64,000 nt of DNA from Patescibacteria group bacterium. GTDB taxonomy: Bacteria; Patescibacteriota; Patescibacteriia; Patescibacteriales; BM507. This document shows, piece by piece, positions 9,465 to 19,610 of this stretch. The translations under genes were made by a program, and so were the position numbers. Where the stretch lies: positions 11,184 to 75,183 of the forward strand of contig JAQIDC010000028.1 in assembly GCA_027858235.1 (NCBI GenBank), given 5' to 3'. The number at the start of each line of letters is the position of its first letter. The first letter of the stretch is position 1. Below the pieces are notes generated by a model that did not search any database, was not told the origin of the DNA, and saw nothing but the letters and a program-made list of their open reading frames with translations.

Positions 9465-10097
9465 TTACGCTGCTAGCGAAACGGGCGTGGACCCTGTTGA
9501 AGAATTTTTTCTATTTCCAGTCTTTGTGATTGGGGTAACATTGTTTCTTTTCTCAACAACAGCATCATTCGATTTTGCCCTAGACCCAGAAGAAACCCCA
9601 CCAGAAGTTTTGCCAAGAGCAGTTACAATATGATCATTTTCATCACTATGTAAATAAGCACCAATACTACTTTCCTGATTTTCTTTTTTATCAGAAAAAA
9701 CATGAGAAACCCTGTTGTTTTTACTATTTTTTATTTCTTCTGCGGCGCCATTGCTGTCATTACCAGCTCTATTCATCTTAAGCTTTTCTCTCTTCGCCAT
9801 TCTTCTTAATTCACTTTTGCTCGGTTCGATATTCCCTTCTTTCTTCACTCCAAAAACTCTCGAAATTTCAGAAACGTTTTCTGCAAAATGCCTTCTATCC
9901 TTCACTGAAAGTCCCATGTCCTTTAGTTTTCTTAATGCTTGGAGCTTTGATGACCCTGATAGTTCGTCTGCAAAATACTTAACATGTGTATCCTTATTTA
10001 AAGATCCTGTCAATTTTGCCCCGGTGCTTCTTATTTTGGAGTCATAATTGCTTTTAAGTGAATCCATCAATAGTCTTTTATTGAGAGTATTTTTCAT
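9465..10097 (-). CDS. Hypothetical Ser/Lys-rich, probably disordered protein
   Basis: The ORF track begins at 10181 and would overlap the upstream permease. The internal ATG at 10097 (MKNTLNKRLL...) sits 5 nt past that gene's stop, so start chosen by inference. Confidence 0.45.
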   Translation of the reverse strand: MKNTLNKRLLMDSLKSNYDSKIRSTGAKLTGSLNKDTHVKYFADELSGSSKLQALRKLKDMGLSVKDRRHFAENVSEISRVFGVKKEGNIEPSKSELRRMAKREKLKMNRAGNDSNGAAEEIKNSKNNRVSHVFSDKKENQESSIGAYLHSDENDHIVTALGKTSGGVSSGSRAKSNDAVVEKRNNVTPITKTGNRKNSSTGSTPVSLAA

Positions 10098-10101
10098 ATT
10101 T

Positions 10102-11292
10102 TTATTTATAACGTAGAGCAACCAAAGCGCTAATACTCGCTGCTCTTTTAGCTGGATAAAAACCGGTAGCAAGTCCCACAACTGTTGAAAAAATAGTTAC
10201 CGTTGTTATGAACCAGATTGGGGTATAAAATAAATCTATTTTATCGCCTCCATAAGCGCCGGCCAGCATATTAATTATATTATTAAAAATCTCCCCGCCA
10301 AGCATTCCTATCAATATACCACTAACACCACCAGTAAATCCAATAATTACAGATTCTGACAAAAACATTTCCCATATATCAAGAGAAGTGGCTCCGAGGG
10401 CCTTCATAATACCAATTTCTTGAGTACGCTCAAGTAAAGCAATCGTCATGGTGTTAAACATTCCAATTGCCGAAACAATCAAAGCAATAACACCAAAGAG
10501 CGCAAGAACAATTTTGGCTACATTAAATATTTGGTTTGCCTGTTCAATAATATCAGACAAAGCACTCACTAAAAAGTTTTCATCAATTAAAAAAGCTCTA
10601 ACAATCTCAAGATTTTCTTCTTTATCTACTTTAACTTTAATTTTTGAAAAATCAACATCCCCAATTATTTCAACCAATGAATATGGTAAATATACAAAAC
10701 TAGAGTTTTCATCATCAGCAATGCCAACGATTTCAAAATCATCACCAAGCTCTACTAACTCCCTAACTCCACTTTTATCTGTTTCCTTGTAGGCTGAAAA
10801 ATTAATTTTCTTACCAATAGCCTCATCCTCTGCTATGCTAAATAATTGAAGAGAGGCTAGGGAAACAATAACTTTGTTCTTTTCATTTTCTCCATAAAAA
10901 TCCCCGTCTTTCAAAGTGGTTCCATCTAACCTGAAAAAATTGGAATCTACAAAATTTGCTATTACTTCGGACGAAACATCATTTGATTTCATTTGAGCTG
11001 ACATCGATACTAACGGAGATATTATTTCAACCTGCTGTATGGCTCCAATTTTTTCTACAGACTCTTTATTTAGACTTATTCCGTCCAAATCGGAAATAGT
11101 AACGTCGAGACTTAAAAGAGCGTCAGAGGTAGTAATTTGGCTTAAAATCACCCGTTGTAAACCATAACCAAGAGAAACTAAAAAGAGAATGGTTCCAATA
11201 CCAACACCAATACCCAATATTGTCAGGATGGTTCTAGAACGATTTGTTCTAAACATCCTTGTAGCTAATCTAAATAAATCAGGAACTAACAT
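10102..11292 (-). CDS. ABC transporter permease, FtsX/MacB family
   Basis: 396 aa with one N-terminal TM, a periplasmic domain and a C-terminal FtsX 3-TM module. Confidence 0.8.
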   Translation of the reverse strand: MLVPDLFRLATRMFRTNRSRTILTILGIGVGIGTILFLVSLGYGLQRVILSQITTSDALLSLDVTISDLDGISLNKESVEKIGAIQQVEIISPLVSMSAQMKSNDVSSEVIANFVDSNFFRLDGTTLKDGDFYGENEKNKVIVSLASLQLFSIAEDEAIGKKINFSAYKETDKSGVRELVELGDDFEIVGIADDENSSFVYLPYSLVEIIGDVDFSKIKVKVDKEENLEIVRAFLIDENFLVSALSDIIEQANQIFNVAKIVLALFGVIALIVSAIGMFNTMTIALLERTQEIGIMKALGATSLDIWEMFLSESVIIGFTGGVSGILIGMLGGEIFNNIINMLAGAYGGDKIDLFYTPIWFITTVTIFSTVVGLATGFYPAKRAASISALVALRYK

Positions 11293-11296
11293 TTTG

Positions 11297-12754
11297 TTAT
11301 TGAGGTATGTCGGAAGACTTTTGCGACATATCTTTATTATCTAGAGCAGAATACATTTGCTCTCTTTTTTTATCTAAAAATTTTCTATTCTGACTAACTC
11401 CAAATCCTAGGATTAATATAAGCTCAATCTCCTCTGAAACAGAACGGGCAGTCTTAGCATTGAGACCTACACCATCCTCACTGCTTGGTTTATCGAGAAT
11501 ATTGTACATTTCTGGTTTGTTGATTTTTTCACTTAATCTTTCAAAAACTGATTTTTCTAATTTTTTCTGTTTCTCTTCTGATGGGGCTTTTTTATAATCT
11601 GAAAAACATTCCCTAATTAAATATTTTGTTAAAATCTCAGCTTTTCTCTCAACTGGGAAAATGTCATGCAAGCCCTGTTCGTTCTTCGACTGTTTCCTTT
11701 CCTGATAAACAAATTTTGACATTTCCATTATTCTACCGACCCTCTCCGTAACCTTTCTAGCTGTTCTAATATCAAAACCAACTCCGCCATCCACGTAAGG
11801 TCTATTTAAAATATCAAGAAAATCATCCATCCCGACTGATTCACCTAAATATCTTTGCATCAAATCTTCAAAAATTTTCGTCTCCTCTGCGTTTCTGTTT
11901 GTTATGAAATGGTGAGTAAACATTTTTGCCTTATATGGCATTATTAAAATGTTAATCTGTTCTGGGGTGAGCCCTTGATAGGTCCTCATTAGAGCCTGTA
12001 GCTCATTTGTTGGTGCTTTTATTTCTTCTTCTTTTGCGTCTTTTATTTCACCTTTATTCTTGTTTATTTCTTCCTTAATAATAATACCGTCCTTTAGATA
12101 AAATATTCTATCTCCGTAAGAAAGATATTCTGGATTATGTGTTACAAGAACAATTGTTTTCTTCTCTCGCTCATTTAAGTCTTTAAAAATACCAAGTACA
12201 TTTTTAGCAGAAACTGAATCCAGATTACCAACTGGCTCATCAGCTAGAATAATCTCTGGGTTATTGATAATACACCTAGCGATACCTATTCTCTGTTGTT
12301 GACCACCAGACAATTCAGAAGGCAATTTATCGGCTTGTTTCCTGATGCCGAATCTCTCTAGAAGCTCCATCCCTGTTACCTCTCTCTTTTTCTTTCTACT
12401 GCTCAAAAATATCTGAGGTAAAACAACATTATCAAGAACAGAAAGACTAGTGATTAGATTATATGATTGGTAGACCATTCCAATAGTTTTTCTATGATAA
12501 TCAACATGCTCCCTCTTCGTCATATCGGAAATATCTCTTTCATAAACAAAAGCAGTCCCTTTGGCGGGTATTTCCAGTCCGGCTATAACATTCAAAAGGG
12601 TTGATTTTCCACACCCTGAAGGGCCATAAAGAATAACAAATTCCTCAGGAAAAATTTCAAGAGAAATATTCACTAGCGCTTGGTATTCATTTGACTGACC
12701 TTCGTTGTATATGAAATTAAGATTTTTAAGACGAAATATTGGTTTCATAATCAA
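11297..12754 (-). CDS. ABC transporter ATP-binding protein (MacB/LolD-like) with a ~250-aa C-terminal extension of unknown function
   Basis: Walker A GPSGCGKST, signature LSGGQQQRIGIAR and Walker B ILADEP. The Lys/Glu-rich tail has no recognisable domain. Confidence 0.8.
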   Translation of the reverse strand: MIMKPIFRLKNLNFIYNEGQSNEYQALVNISLEIFPEEFVILYGPSGCGKSTLLNVIAGLEIPAKGTAFVYERDISDMTKREHVDYHRKTIGMVYQSYNLITSLSVLDNVVLPQIFLSSRKKKREVTGMELLERFGIRKQADKLPSELSGGQQQRIGIARCIINNPEIILADEPVGNLDSVSAKNVLGIFKDLNEREKKTIVLVTHNPEYLSYGDRIFYLKDGIIIKEEINKNKGEIKDAKEEEIKAPTNELQALMRTYQGLTPEQINILIMPYKAKMFTHHFITNRNAEETKIFEDLMQRYLGESVGMDDFLDILNRPYVDGGVGFDIRTARKVTERVGRIMEMSKFVYQERKQSKNEQGLHDIFPVERKAEILTKYLIRECFSDYKKAPSEEKQKKLEKSVFERLSEKINKPEMYNILDKPSSEDGVGLNAKTARSVSEEIELILILGFGVSQNRKFLDKKREQMYSALDNKDMSQKSSDIPQ

Positions 12755-12789
12755 AATAAGGAGTGTATAATCACTAATTTATTAATAAC

Positions 12790-12798
12790 ATTATACCA
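12790..12798 (-). promoter_or_regulatory. Extended -10 promoter element (TGGTATAAT) for the ABC exporter operon
   Basis: The minus strand reads TGGTATAAT after a hairpin and U-run downstream of secY. Confidence 0.4.
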
Positions 12799-12856
12799 TG
12801 TTAAAAGTATAAAAAAAACCCCAAAAAAAGGAGGTTTTTCTATGAAATTTGTATTT

Positions 12857-14131
12857 TTATAATCCTTCGTATTCTCTCATTGTCAGTTGAGCCTCAATTT
12901 GTCTAACAGTTTCAATAACAACTGCTACTACAATCAAAAGGCTAGTACCACCGATAGCAAGCCCAGCGGCGCCACCGGAGAAATAGCCCAGTATCAAGGG
13001 CAAGACTGCAATTGAACCCAAGAATAGAGCTCCGATAAATACTATTTTATGAGTAGTGTTAGCTAAGTACTCAGCGGTATGTCTTCCTGGTCTAATCCCT
13101 GGAATAAATCCACCTTGCTTTTGCAGATTTTCAGCAATTTGGTCGGGATGAAAAATAATTTCTGTATAGAAATATGTAAAAGCAAACACAAGAACAAAAT
13201 ACAAGAAACCATAAATAAGCTGATTTGCGAGGACATCTATTATCCATTGAGAAAAATTAGCAATCCAGGCCGTTTCTGCATGAAGAAAGAACTGAGCAAC
13301 CATCGATGGAAATAAAACAACAGATATAGCAAAAATAATTGGAATAACACCAGCCATATTAACTCTTAAAGGTAGATGGGTGGTTGTGCCACCAAACGAT
13401 CTATTACCACGAACTTGTTTAGCATACTGCACTGGAATATTTCTTTGTCCTTCCGTTATCCAAACAACACCTAAAACAGTTACAACAGCGACAAGTGCAA
13501 ATCCGATAATAGTAGTTAGCTGACTTGGATCGAAGTTAACGACAATTCCCTGCAGTGTTTGTGGAAAACTAGAAACAATTCCTGCAAAAATCAAAAGAGA
13601 GATACCATTACCAATATTCTTTTCCGTAATAAGCTCACCTATCCACATAAGGAATATTGTACCAGCAGTTATAGTTAGAACCATTGAAAAAATATCAAAA
13701 GGTGTAACATTGATAAGTATTCCGGTATTTGATCTTTGGAGTAAAATAACCATTGAGAATGCCTGTAGGGCAGCCAATGGAACTGTTGCCCAACGTGTCC
13801 ACATACTTATTTTTTGTTTTCCAGCTTCTTCCTTTTGCATTTCTTCAAGCTGAGGAACTATCATGGCTAACAACTGAAAAATAATAGAAGATGTAATATA
13901 TGGAGCTATGCCCATCATCACAACAGAGAAGTTAGCCATACTACCACCAGAAAATACATTCAATAGACCAAGAACCTGATTTCCACCAAAAAACTCTCTG
14001 AGGGCCATCACATCAACCCCTGGAATTGGGATATGAGCGGCAAACCTAAAAATGACAAGCATCCCTACAACGAATAGGATGTTTTTTCTTAAATCCTTTA
14101 TTTTCCAAATTTGAACAATTTTATTGATCAT
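12857..14131 (-). CDS. secY: Preprotein translocase subunit SecY
   Basis: 424 aa, 10 TM, at the conserved position after rplO. Confidence 0.9.
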   Translation of the reverse strand: MINKIVQIWKIKDLRKNILFVVGMLVIFRFAAHIPIPGVDVMALREFFGGNQVLGLLNVFSGGSMANFSVVMMGIAPYITSSIIFQLLAMIVPQLEEMQKEEAGKQKISMWTRWATVPLAALQAFSMVILLQRSNTGILINVTPFDIFSMVLTITAGTIFLMWIGELITEKNIGNGISLLIFAGIVSSFPQTLQGIVVNFDPSQLTTIIGFALVAVVTVLGVVWITEGQRNIPVQYAKQVRGNRSFGGTTTHLPLRVNMAGVIPIIFAISVVLFPSMVAQFFLHAETAWIANFSQWIIDVLANQLIYGFLYFVLVFAFTYFYTEIIFHPDQIAENLQKQGGFIPGIRPGRHTAEYLANTTHKIVFIGALFLGSIAVLPLILGYFSGGAAGLAIGGTSLLIVVAVVIETVRQIEAQLTMREYEGL

Positions 14132-14143
14132 AGGGTTTTAAAT

Positions 14144-14629
14144 TTATTTTTTTGACTTTGTTTTTTCAGCTGAATTCTTCTTTTTCTCTATAGTAATTTT
14201 AGCTCCAAGCTTTTCAGCTTTTTCGCGAGCAGAATCACTTAATTTGATATTATGAAATTTTAAATTCTTAATTTTAAGAACACCGTTCCCTAAAATTTTA
14301 ATCTCTTTTTTATAGTTATTTACTAAACCATTTTTTAACAAAGTTTTAGCATTAACAATTTCAGATTCTTTGAAATATTTGTTTAATTCTGAAATATTTA
14401 TAACTTGATCCTTTGGCTTAATTGATTTAAACCCTTTCATCTTTGGGGTTCTTAATAAGGTTTGTTTCATTCCAAGTTTTTTCAAACCGGAAACACCAGA
14501 TCTTGATTTCTGTCCTTTTTGTCCTTTTCCACTATAAGTCCCTGTGCCAGAAGCATTCCCTCTCCCTACTCTTCTTCTTTTTTTAGTTGACCCGGCTTCG
14601 GCCTTAATTGTATTCAATGATAACGCCAT
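14144..14629 (-). CDS. rplO: Ribosomal protein L15
   Basis: RVGRGNASGTGTYSGKGQKGQKSRSG motif. Confidence 0.9.
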   Translation of the reverse strand: MALSLNTIKAEAGSTKKRRRVGRGNASGTGTYSGKGQKGQKSRSGVSGLKKLGMKQTLLRTPKMKGFKSIKPKDQVINISELNKYFKESEIVNAKTLLKNGLVNNYKKEIKILGNGVLKIKNLKFHNIKLSDSAREKAEKLGAKITIEKKKNSAEKTKSKK

Positions 14630-14726
14630 AATATTTTATTTATGGGATTGTTAGTAAATATAAACTTATTACTAAGCTAATATTTAATAGCAGTCCCTTT
14701 ATACAGTATAATTTAAATTACTTTTT

Positions 14727-15497
14727 TTAGCTAGTTTTTTTAACAGCTGGAGTTTTTGTTGGAATATTTTTTGGAACTTCCTTATTTTCAACCGGCTTTT
14801 TTTTCGGCTCTCTTTTCTCCACCTTCTTCAAGCTAGACAGAGCTTCAATTGTACATTTAGCAATACTAACTTTATTGTTCGTTCCAAGAATTTTACTAGT
14901 AATGTTAGTAACGCCGGCAAGCTCCAAGATAATACGAACAGCGCCACCAGCAATTACACCCTTACCTTTTCTAGCTGGTTTAAAAAGAATTTTAGCAGCT
15001 CCTGTCTTTTGATAAATTTCATGTGGAATTGTTTCATTTATAATAGAAACATCTATGATTTCTTTCTTGGCATTTGCTACTGCCTTTGAAACTGCAAGAG
15101 TAACATCAGCACCCTTAGCTAGTCCAATTGCAACTTTTCCTTTCTTGTTTCCAATAGCAACACAAGCTCTAAATCTCATCCTTTTTCCTCCTGCCATCAC
15201 ACGAGTAACTCTAGCTAGATCAACAATTTTTTGCTCAAATTCATCTTGAGGTTTATCTCTTTCAAAATTCTTTTTTCTTTTTTTAGCAAATTTCTTTTCA
15301 CCATAAACAGACTTCCCAACAGTATTTTTGGCAACGATTGCTTTTTCACCTGTTTTTGCTACCTCTGCTTTTTCTTTCGCAACCACTGAAGATTCTGGCT
15401 TTTGGGCTAAGGCCTTGCCATCTTTGTGACCCAGGTCACTTTTTCTGACTTCGCCATTCACCTTGTTTTCTTTGGTAACTTGTTTTTCTTCTGCCAT
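14727..15497 (-). CDS. rpsE: Ribosomal protein S5 with N- and C-terminal extensions (256 aa)
   Basis: S5 core LARVTRVMAGGKRMRFRACVAIGN. L30 is missing between S5 and L15, a CPR hallmark. Confidence 0.9.
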   Translation of the reverse strand: MAEEKQVTKENKVNGEVRKSDLGHKDGKALAQKPESSVVAKEKAEVAKTGEKAIVAKNTVGKSVYGEKKFAKKRKKNFERDKPQDEFEQKIVDLARVTRVMAGGKRMRFRACVAIGNKKGKVAIGLAKGADVTLAVSKAVANAKKEIIDVSIINETIPHEIYQKTGAAKILFKPARKGKGVIAGGAVRIILELAGVTNITSKILGTNNKVSIAKCTIEALSSLKKVEKREPKKKPVENKEVPKNIPTKTPAVKKTS

Positions 15498-15518
15498 ATT
15501 ATATTTATCTAATTATTA

Positions 15519-15881
15519 TTAAAATATTAAACCACCCTCACGTGCACCGTTAGCTAGAGCCTCAATTCTACCATGATACTTGAATGAGCCTTTATCAAAA
15601 ACAACTTTTTCTATCTTTTTTTCGATAGCTTTTTTAGCTAATAACTTTCCAATTTCAAAACTTTTAGTTTTTTTATCACCTTCAATTTTTATTTCTTTTG
15701 AGTTAACACTAAGAATAGTGATTCCCTTTGTATCATCAATCAACTGAACAAACATGCCTTTATTTGATTTAAAAACTGATATTCTTGGTCTGACTGAAGT
15801 ACCAGAAATTTTAGCTCTAACTCGAGCATGTCTTCTGGCTTTTTTAACTTGTTTATTTTTTTCTTTATTATTCATATACAA
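15519..15881 (-). CDS. rplR: Ribosomal protein L18
   Basis: Sequence similarity and operon position. Confidence 0.9.
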   Translation of the reverse strand: MYMNNKEKNKQVKKARRHARVRAKISGTSVRPRISVFKSNKGMFVQLIDDTKGITILSVNSKEIKIEGDKKTKSFEIGKLLAKKAIEKKIEKVVFDKGSFKYHGRIEALANGAREGGLIF

Positions 15882-15891
15882 ATTTTATTTA

Positions 15892-16437
15892 TTAATCAGT
15901 CTTACCTGCTGTTTTACCAGCCTTTCTTCTAATTATTTCATCAATATATTTAATACCTTTCCCTTTATAAGGTTCTGGCTTTTTAACTTTTCTGATTTGA
16001 GCTGCTGCTTCGCCAACTAATTGTTTATCGATTCCTGAGATTGTAATAATATTAGCTTCGACCAATGCAGTAATCCCCTCTGGCAACTCATAATCGACTT
16101 GATGTGAAAATCCAACATTCAAAACTAACTTGCGGCCCTGCAATGCTACCTTATAACCAACCCCGTTTATTTCTAGCTTTTTTTCAAAACCATCGTTTAC
16201 ACCAACAACCATATTATTAATAAGACTTCTATAGAGACCCCAAAATGATTTTTCTTTTTTACTCTCAATATCTTTAATACTCACAACAATTTCTTTTTCT
16301 GAGATATCAATTTTGACCATTTTATTAGTTCTTTCTTTCAGTTCCCCTTTAGGCCCTGTTACAACTATAAAATCTCCATCAATTTTTGCTTGAGTACCAC
16401 TTGGTAATTCTATTGGTAATTTTCCTAATCTAGACAT
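15892..16437 (-). CDS. rplF: Ribosomal protein L6
   Basis: Sequence similarity and operon position. Confidence 0.9.
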   Translation of the reverse strand: MSRLGKLPIELPSGTQAKIDGDFIVVTGPKGELKERTNKMVKIDISEKEIVVSIKDIESKKEKSFWGLYRSLINNMVVGVNDGFEKKLEINGVGYKVALQGRKLVLNVGFSHQVDYELPEGITALVEANIITISGIDKQLVGEAAAQIRKVKKPEPYKGKGIKYIDEIIRRKAGKTAGKTD

Positions 16438-16464
16438 AATATTTTAATTAATCAATTTATTATT

Positions 16465-16875
16465 TTAGTAAACTTCACAAAGAACTTCTCCACCAAGTTG
16501 TTTCTTTCTTGCTTCTTTGTTAGTCATAACACCTTGAGATGTCGAAATCACAGCTATCCCGTGGTTATTGAGAACTTTCGGAAGTTCACTTTTCCCAACA
16601 TAAACTCTGAGACCTGGTTTTGAGATTCTTTTTATTGCGTTTATAGTAGATTTACCACTTTTTTTGTATTTCAAGACAAGCTTAAGCTCATCAAAAGATG
16701 ATTTTGATTCATCCTTAGATGCTTTTACTACCTCAGCCTTCTGTATCCAACCTTCTTTCTCTAGTGTCTCTGCAACCCGGAATTTAAGTTTACTCATAGG
16801 CATGGTCACATCAGATTTATTTACAGCAGAAGCATTTCTTATTCTTGTTAACATGTCTCCGATAGGGTCTGTCAT
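16465..16875 (-). CDS. rpsH: Ribosomal protein S8
   Basis: Begins MTDPIGDMLTRIRNA. Confidence 0.9.
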   Translation of the reverse strand: MTDPIGDMLTRIRNASAVNKSDVTMPMSKLKFRVAETLEKEGWIQKAEVVKASKDESKSSFDELKLVLKYKKSGKSTINAIKRISKPGLRVYVGKSELPKVLNNHGIAVISTSQGVMTNKEARKKQLGGEVLCEVY

Positions 16876-16918
16876 ATTTTTTATATAAAATTACTTATTT
16901 ATTATTTTTATCAATTGC

Positions 16919-17104
16919 TTACCAAGATGATCTGGTAATTCCTGGAATATCACCATTTTCCGCCAACTCACGAAAGCAAATTCTGCATAAATTAAAATCC
17001 CTCATATAAGAATGATTTCTACCGCACTTCCAACATCTTCTCACAATTCTTGTTGAAAACTTTGGAGTTTTTTTTGATTTTGCAATTAAAGCTTTTCTAG
17101 CCAT
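16919..17104 (-). CDS. rpsZ: Ribosomal protein S14 type Z (zinc-binding)
   Basis: 61 aa with CWKCGR...CRIC. Confidence 0.9.
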   Translation of the reverse strand: MARKALIAKSKKTPKFSTRIVRRCWKCGRNHSYMRDFNLCRICFRELAENGDIPGITRSSW

Positions 17105-17111
17105 ATATATT

Positions 17112-17175
17112 ATTTAACCCTGTGGAATCTTGCCTAGCAAGAATTTTTTCAAAATTATTCCACGGGGTGAAATTA
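17112..17175 (-). repeat. Structured intergenic repeat, copy 1 of 3 (rplE-rpsZ spacer)
   Basis: CCCTGTGGAAT-CTTGCCTAGCAAG-AATTTTTTCAAAATT-ATTCCACGGGG. The outer stem GTGGAAT/ATTCCAC and inner hairpin CTTGC-nnn-GCAAG are conserved in all three copies. Confidence 0.6.
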
Positions 17176-17179
17176 TTTA

Positions 17180-17731
17180 TTATTTTTTAAATGGGAATCC
17201 CATTAAATGAAACAATTCTACTCCCTCTTCTTTTGTTTTTGCTGTAGTTGAAATACAGATTTCCAGACCATGCAATTTCTCAAGATCATCTGCTTTAACT
17301 TCTGGAAAGGCTGAATTATCTTTAAAACCTATGGTAATATTTCCAGTTCTATCAATACCTTTATCGCTAATCCCTCTAAAATCTCTCACACGAGGAAAAG
17401 TTACATAAACTAGCTTCTCAAGGAAGTCATACATTTTAGATGATCTCAGTGTTACCTTCGCTCCAATAATCATTCCTTCTCTAACCTTAAAAGAAGCGAC
17501 AGACATCTTAGCTTTTGTTAAAACTGGTCTTTGTCCTGAGATTCTAAGTAATGTTTCCTGAACATTCTTAACATAATCTTTATCCTTTGAATGTCTTCCA
17601 AAGCCAACATTGATTACAATTTTTTGTATCCTAGGTGCTTGAATTTTATTTTTATACTGAAATTTTTCAATCAATTTTGGTAAAACTTCTTTGGTATAAT
17701 ATTCTTTTATCATAATATTTTTACTTGACAT
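17180..17731 (-). CDS. rplE: Ribosomal protein L5
   Basis: Sequence similarity and operon position. Confidence 0.9.
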   Translation of the reverse strand: MSSKNIMIKEYYTKEVLPKLIEKFQYKNKIQAPRIQKIVINVGFGRHSKDKDYVKNVQETLLRISGQRPVLTKAKMSVASFKVREGMIIGAKVTLRSSKMYDFLEKLVYVTFPRVRDFRGISDKGIDRTGNITIGFKDNSAFPEVKADDLEKLHGLEICISTTAKTKEEGVELFHLMGFPFKK

Positions 17732-17770
17732 TACCTACTATATTGCAGGGGCTTGCCATAAATTTTCAAA

Positions 17771-18103
17771 TTAATTTAACGCTTGATCACATTTCTTACA
17801 GTATCTAATCTTCCTCTTTGATTTTTTACCATCTTTCTCAAGCTCAATATATTTATAAGTAACTCTAGCTGGTTTTGAACATTTTGGACAAACTAGCATT
17901 AAATTAGAAATATTGAGAGGAGCTGGAAATTCTATTCTCTGACCTTGTTCTCCTTGTTTCCTTGGTCTTAAGTGTTTGATTAATATATTAATCCCTTCAA
18001 CACTTACTCTTTGCTTCTCTGGAAATATCTGTAAAACTTTCCCTGTTTTCCCTTTATCTTTCCCTGCCAAAACTTTAACCTTGTCGCCTTTAATTATTTT
18101 CAT
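17771..18103 (-). CDS. rplX: Ribosomal protein L24 with a C-terminal CxxC...CxxC zinc-ribbon extension
   Basis: KOW domain N-terminus, then CPKCSKPAR...YCKKCDQALN. Confidence 0.85.
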   Translation of the reverse strand: MKIIKGDKVKVLAGKDKGKTGKVLQIFPEKQRVSVEGINILIKHLRPRKQGEQGQRIEFPAPLNISNLMLVCPKCSKPARVTYKYIELEKDGKKSKRKIRYCKKCDQALN

Positions 18104-18125
18104 ATTATTAGTAGTTTATTTATTT

Positions 18126-18497
18126 TTACAAAACCTCAGGAGCAAGAGAAGCTATTTTAAAATAACCAGCTCTCCTCACTTCACGAGCAATTGGCCCGAA
18201 AATCCTAGTTGCCTTTGGTTCCTTTTTCTCTTTATCAATAATCACGCAAGCATTATCATCGAATCTGAGATAAGTTCCATCCGCTCTCCTAATCTCTTTT
18301 TTTGTTCTTACAATCACTGCTTTTACAACATCGCCTTTTTTAATAGGTGTGTGTGGAGCTGCTTCCTTAACTGCACAAGTAACCACTTCGCCTACTCCGC
18401 CGTATCTTTTTTTATAACCACCATGCACTCTAATAACCAACACTCTTTTAGCGCCTGAATTATCAGCTACTTTAATTTTTGATTCTACTTGGATCAT
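18126..18497 (-). CDS. rplN: Ribosomal protein L14
   Basis: Begins [17 protein letters not shown]. Confidence 0.9.
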   Translation of the reverse strand: MIQVESKIKVADNSGAKRVLVIRVHGGYKKRYGGVGEVVTCAVKEAAPHTPIKKGDVVKAVIVRTKKEIRRADGTYLRFDDNACVIIDKEKKEPKATRIFGPIAREVRRAGYFKIASLAPEVL

Positions 18498-18540
18498 ATT
18501 CTTATTATAATTTTTGAATTTCTAATTTTTATATATTGAG

Positions 18541-18792
18541 CTATTTTGACAATACTCTCCATCTTTTGTCACGACTCAATGGTCTACATTCTACAAATGA
18601 AACCTTATCATCTGTCTTGAATTTGTTTTCTTCATCATGAACTTTATATTTTTTTGACATCGTATACCTTTTTTTATATTTTGGGTGAATTTTCACAGTG
18701 TCTACGCTAACAACAATAGTTTTGTCCTGCTTATCACTAACAACGACACCATTAAATTTCTTCTTAATTGTTTTTTTTTCTTTGTTATTCAT
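18541..18792 (-). CDS. rpsQ: Ribosomal protein S17
   Basis: Sequence similarity and operon position. Confidence 0.85.
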   Translation of the reverse strand: MNNKEKKTIKKKFNGVVVSDKQDKTIVVSVDTVKIHPKYKKRYTMSKKYKVHDEENKFKTDDKVSFVECRPLSRDKRWRVLSK

Positions 18793-18856
18793 AAATTTAT
18801 TTTAAAACTTGAAATAATTATCTTGTGTCAACTTGGCTTAGGCCACGTTCCCTGAT

Positions 18857-19105
18857 CTAATCATTCACCTTGTCTTTATCGTCATCTTTTGATGTTTCTT
18901 CTATATCTTTCTTTGAATTAAACAATGTTAATATTTTTGCAACTGTTTTTTTACCTTCTCTAATTTCTCTAATATTTTTTAATTGTTTATTCGCATCTTT
19001 AAACCTTAGCTCTCTTAGCTTGTCTCTAGTTTCAGCTAAAAGTCTATGTAAATCGTTTTCTTTTTTTTCCTTTAATTCTTTAATCTCCATATATTTACTT
19101 GCCAC
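18857..19105 (-). CDS. rpmC: Ribosomal protein L29
   Basis: Sequence similarity and operon position. Confidence 0.85.
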   Translation of the reverse strand: MASKYMEIKELKEKKENDLHRLLAETRDKLRELRFKDANKQLKNIREIREGKKTVAKILTLFNSKKDIEETSKDDDKDKVND

Positions 19106-19129
19106 GCTTATTTTTAGGCGTGGGTCTAA

Positions 19130-19537
19130 TTAATCTTTAGCAATAAATTTACACTTAACAGGAAGTTTATGAGCGGCTTTTTCCATGGCTTCTTTTGCCA
19201 TGTCATTCTCAACACCATCCATTTCAAAAAGCATTGTTCCGGCCTTAACAACGGCTACATAATGGTCAACCGCGCCCTTACCTTTACCCATAGGGATTTC
19301 TCCACCTTTTTGAGTTCTTGGTCTATCTGGAAAAATTCTAATCCAAATCTTACCGCCTCTTTTTGTAAATCTAGTCATAACTCTCCTGGCAGCTTCAATT
19401 TGTCTTGATGTTATCCAGTGGGCTTCTTTTGATTGAAGACCAAAGCTTCCAAAACTTACTTTCATTTTTCTTGTTGCCTTGCCTCCTCTTTTTGGAGCAT
19501 GCGACTTTCTATATTTAGTTTTTTTTGGCATCAACAT
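19130..19537 (-). CDS. rplP: Ribosomal protein L16
   Basis: Sequence similarity and operon position. Confidence 0.9.
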   Translation of the reverse strand: MLMPKKTKYRKSHAPKRGGKATRKMKVSFGSFGLQSKEAHWITSRQIEAARRVMTRFTKRGGKIWIRIFPDRPRTQKGGEIPMGKGKGAVDHYVAVVKAGTMLFEMDGVENDMAKEAMEKAAHKLPVKCKFIAKD

Positions 19538-19547
19538 ATATTATTTA

Positions 19548-19598
19548 CCTCTGTGAAATCTTGCTTTGCAAGAATTTTTTAAAAATTATTCCACGGGG
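19548..19598 (-). repeat. Structured intergenic repeat, copy 2 of 3 (rpsC-rplP spacer)
   Basis: CCTCTGTGAAAT-CTTGCTTTGCAAG-AATTTTTTAAAAATT-ATTCCACGGGG. The G-to-A change in the outer stem is a G.U pair only in the minus-strand transcript. Confidence 0.6.
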
Positions 19599-19610
19599 TC
19601 AACTTAATAA

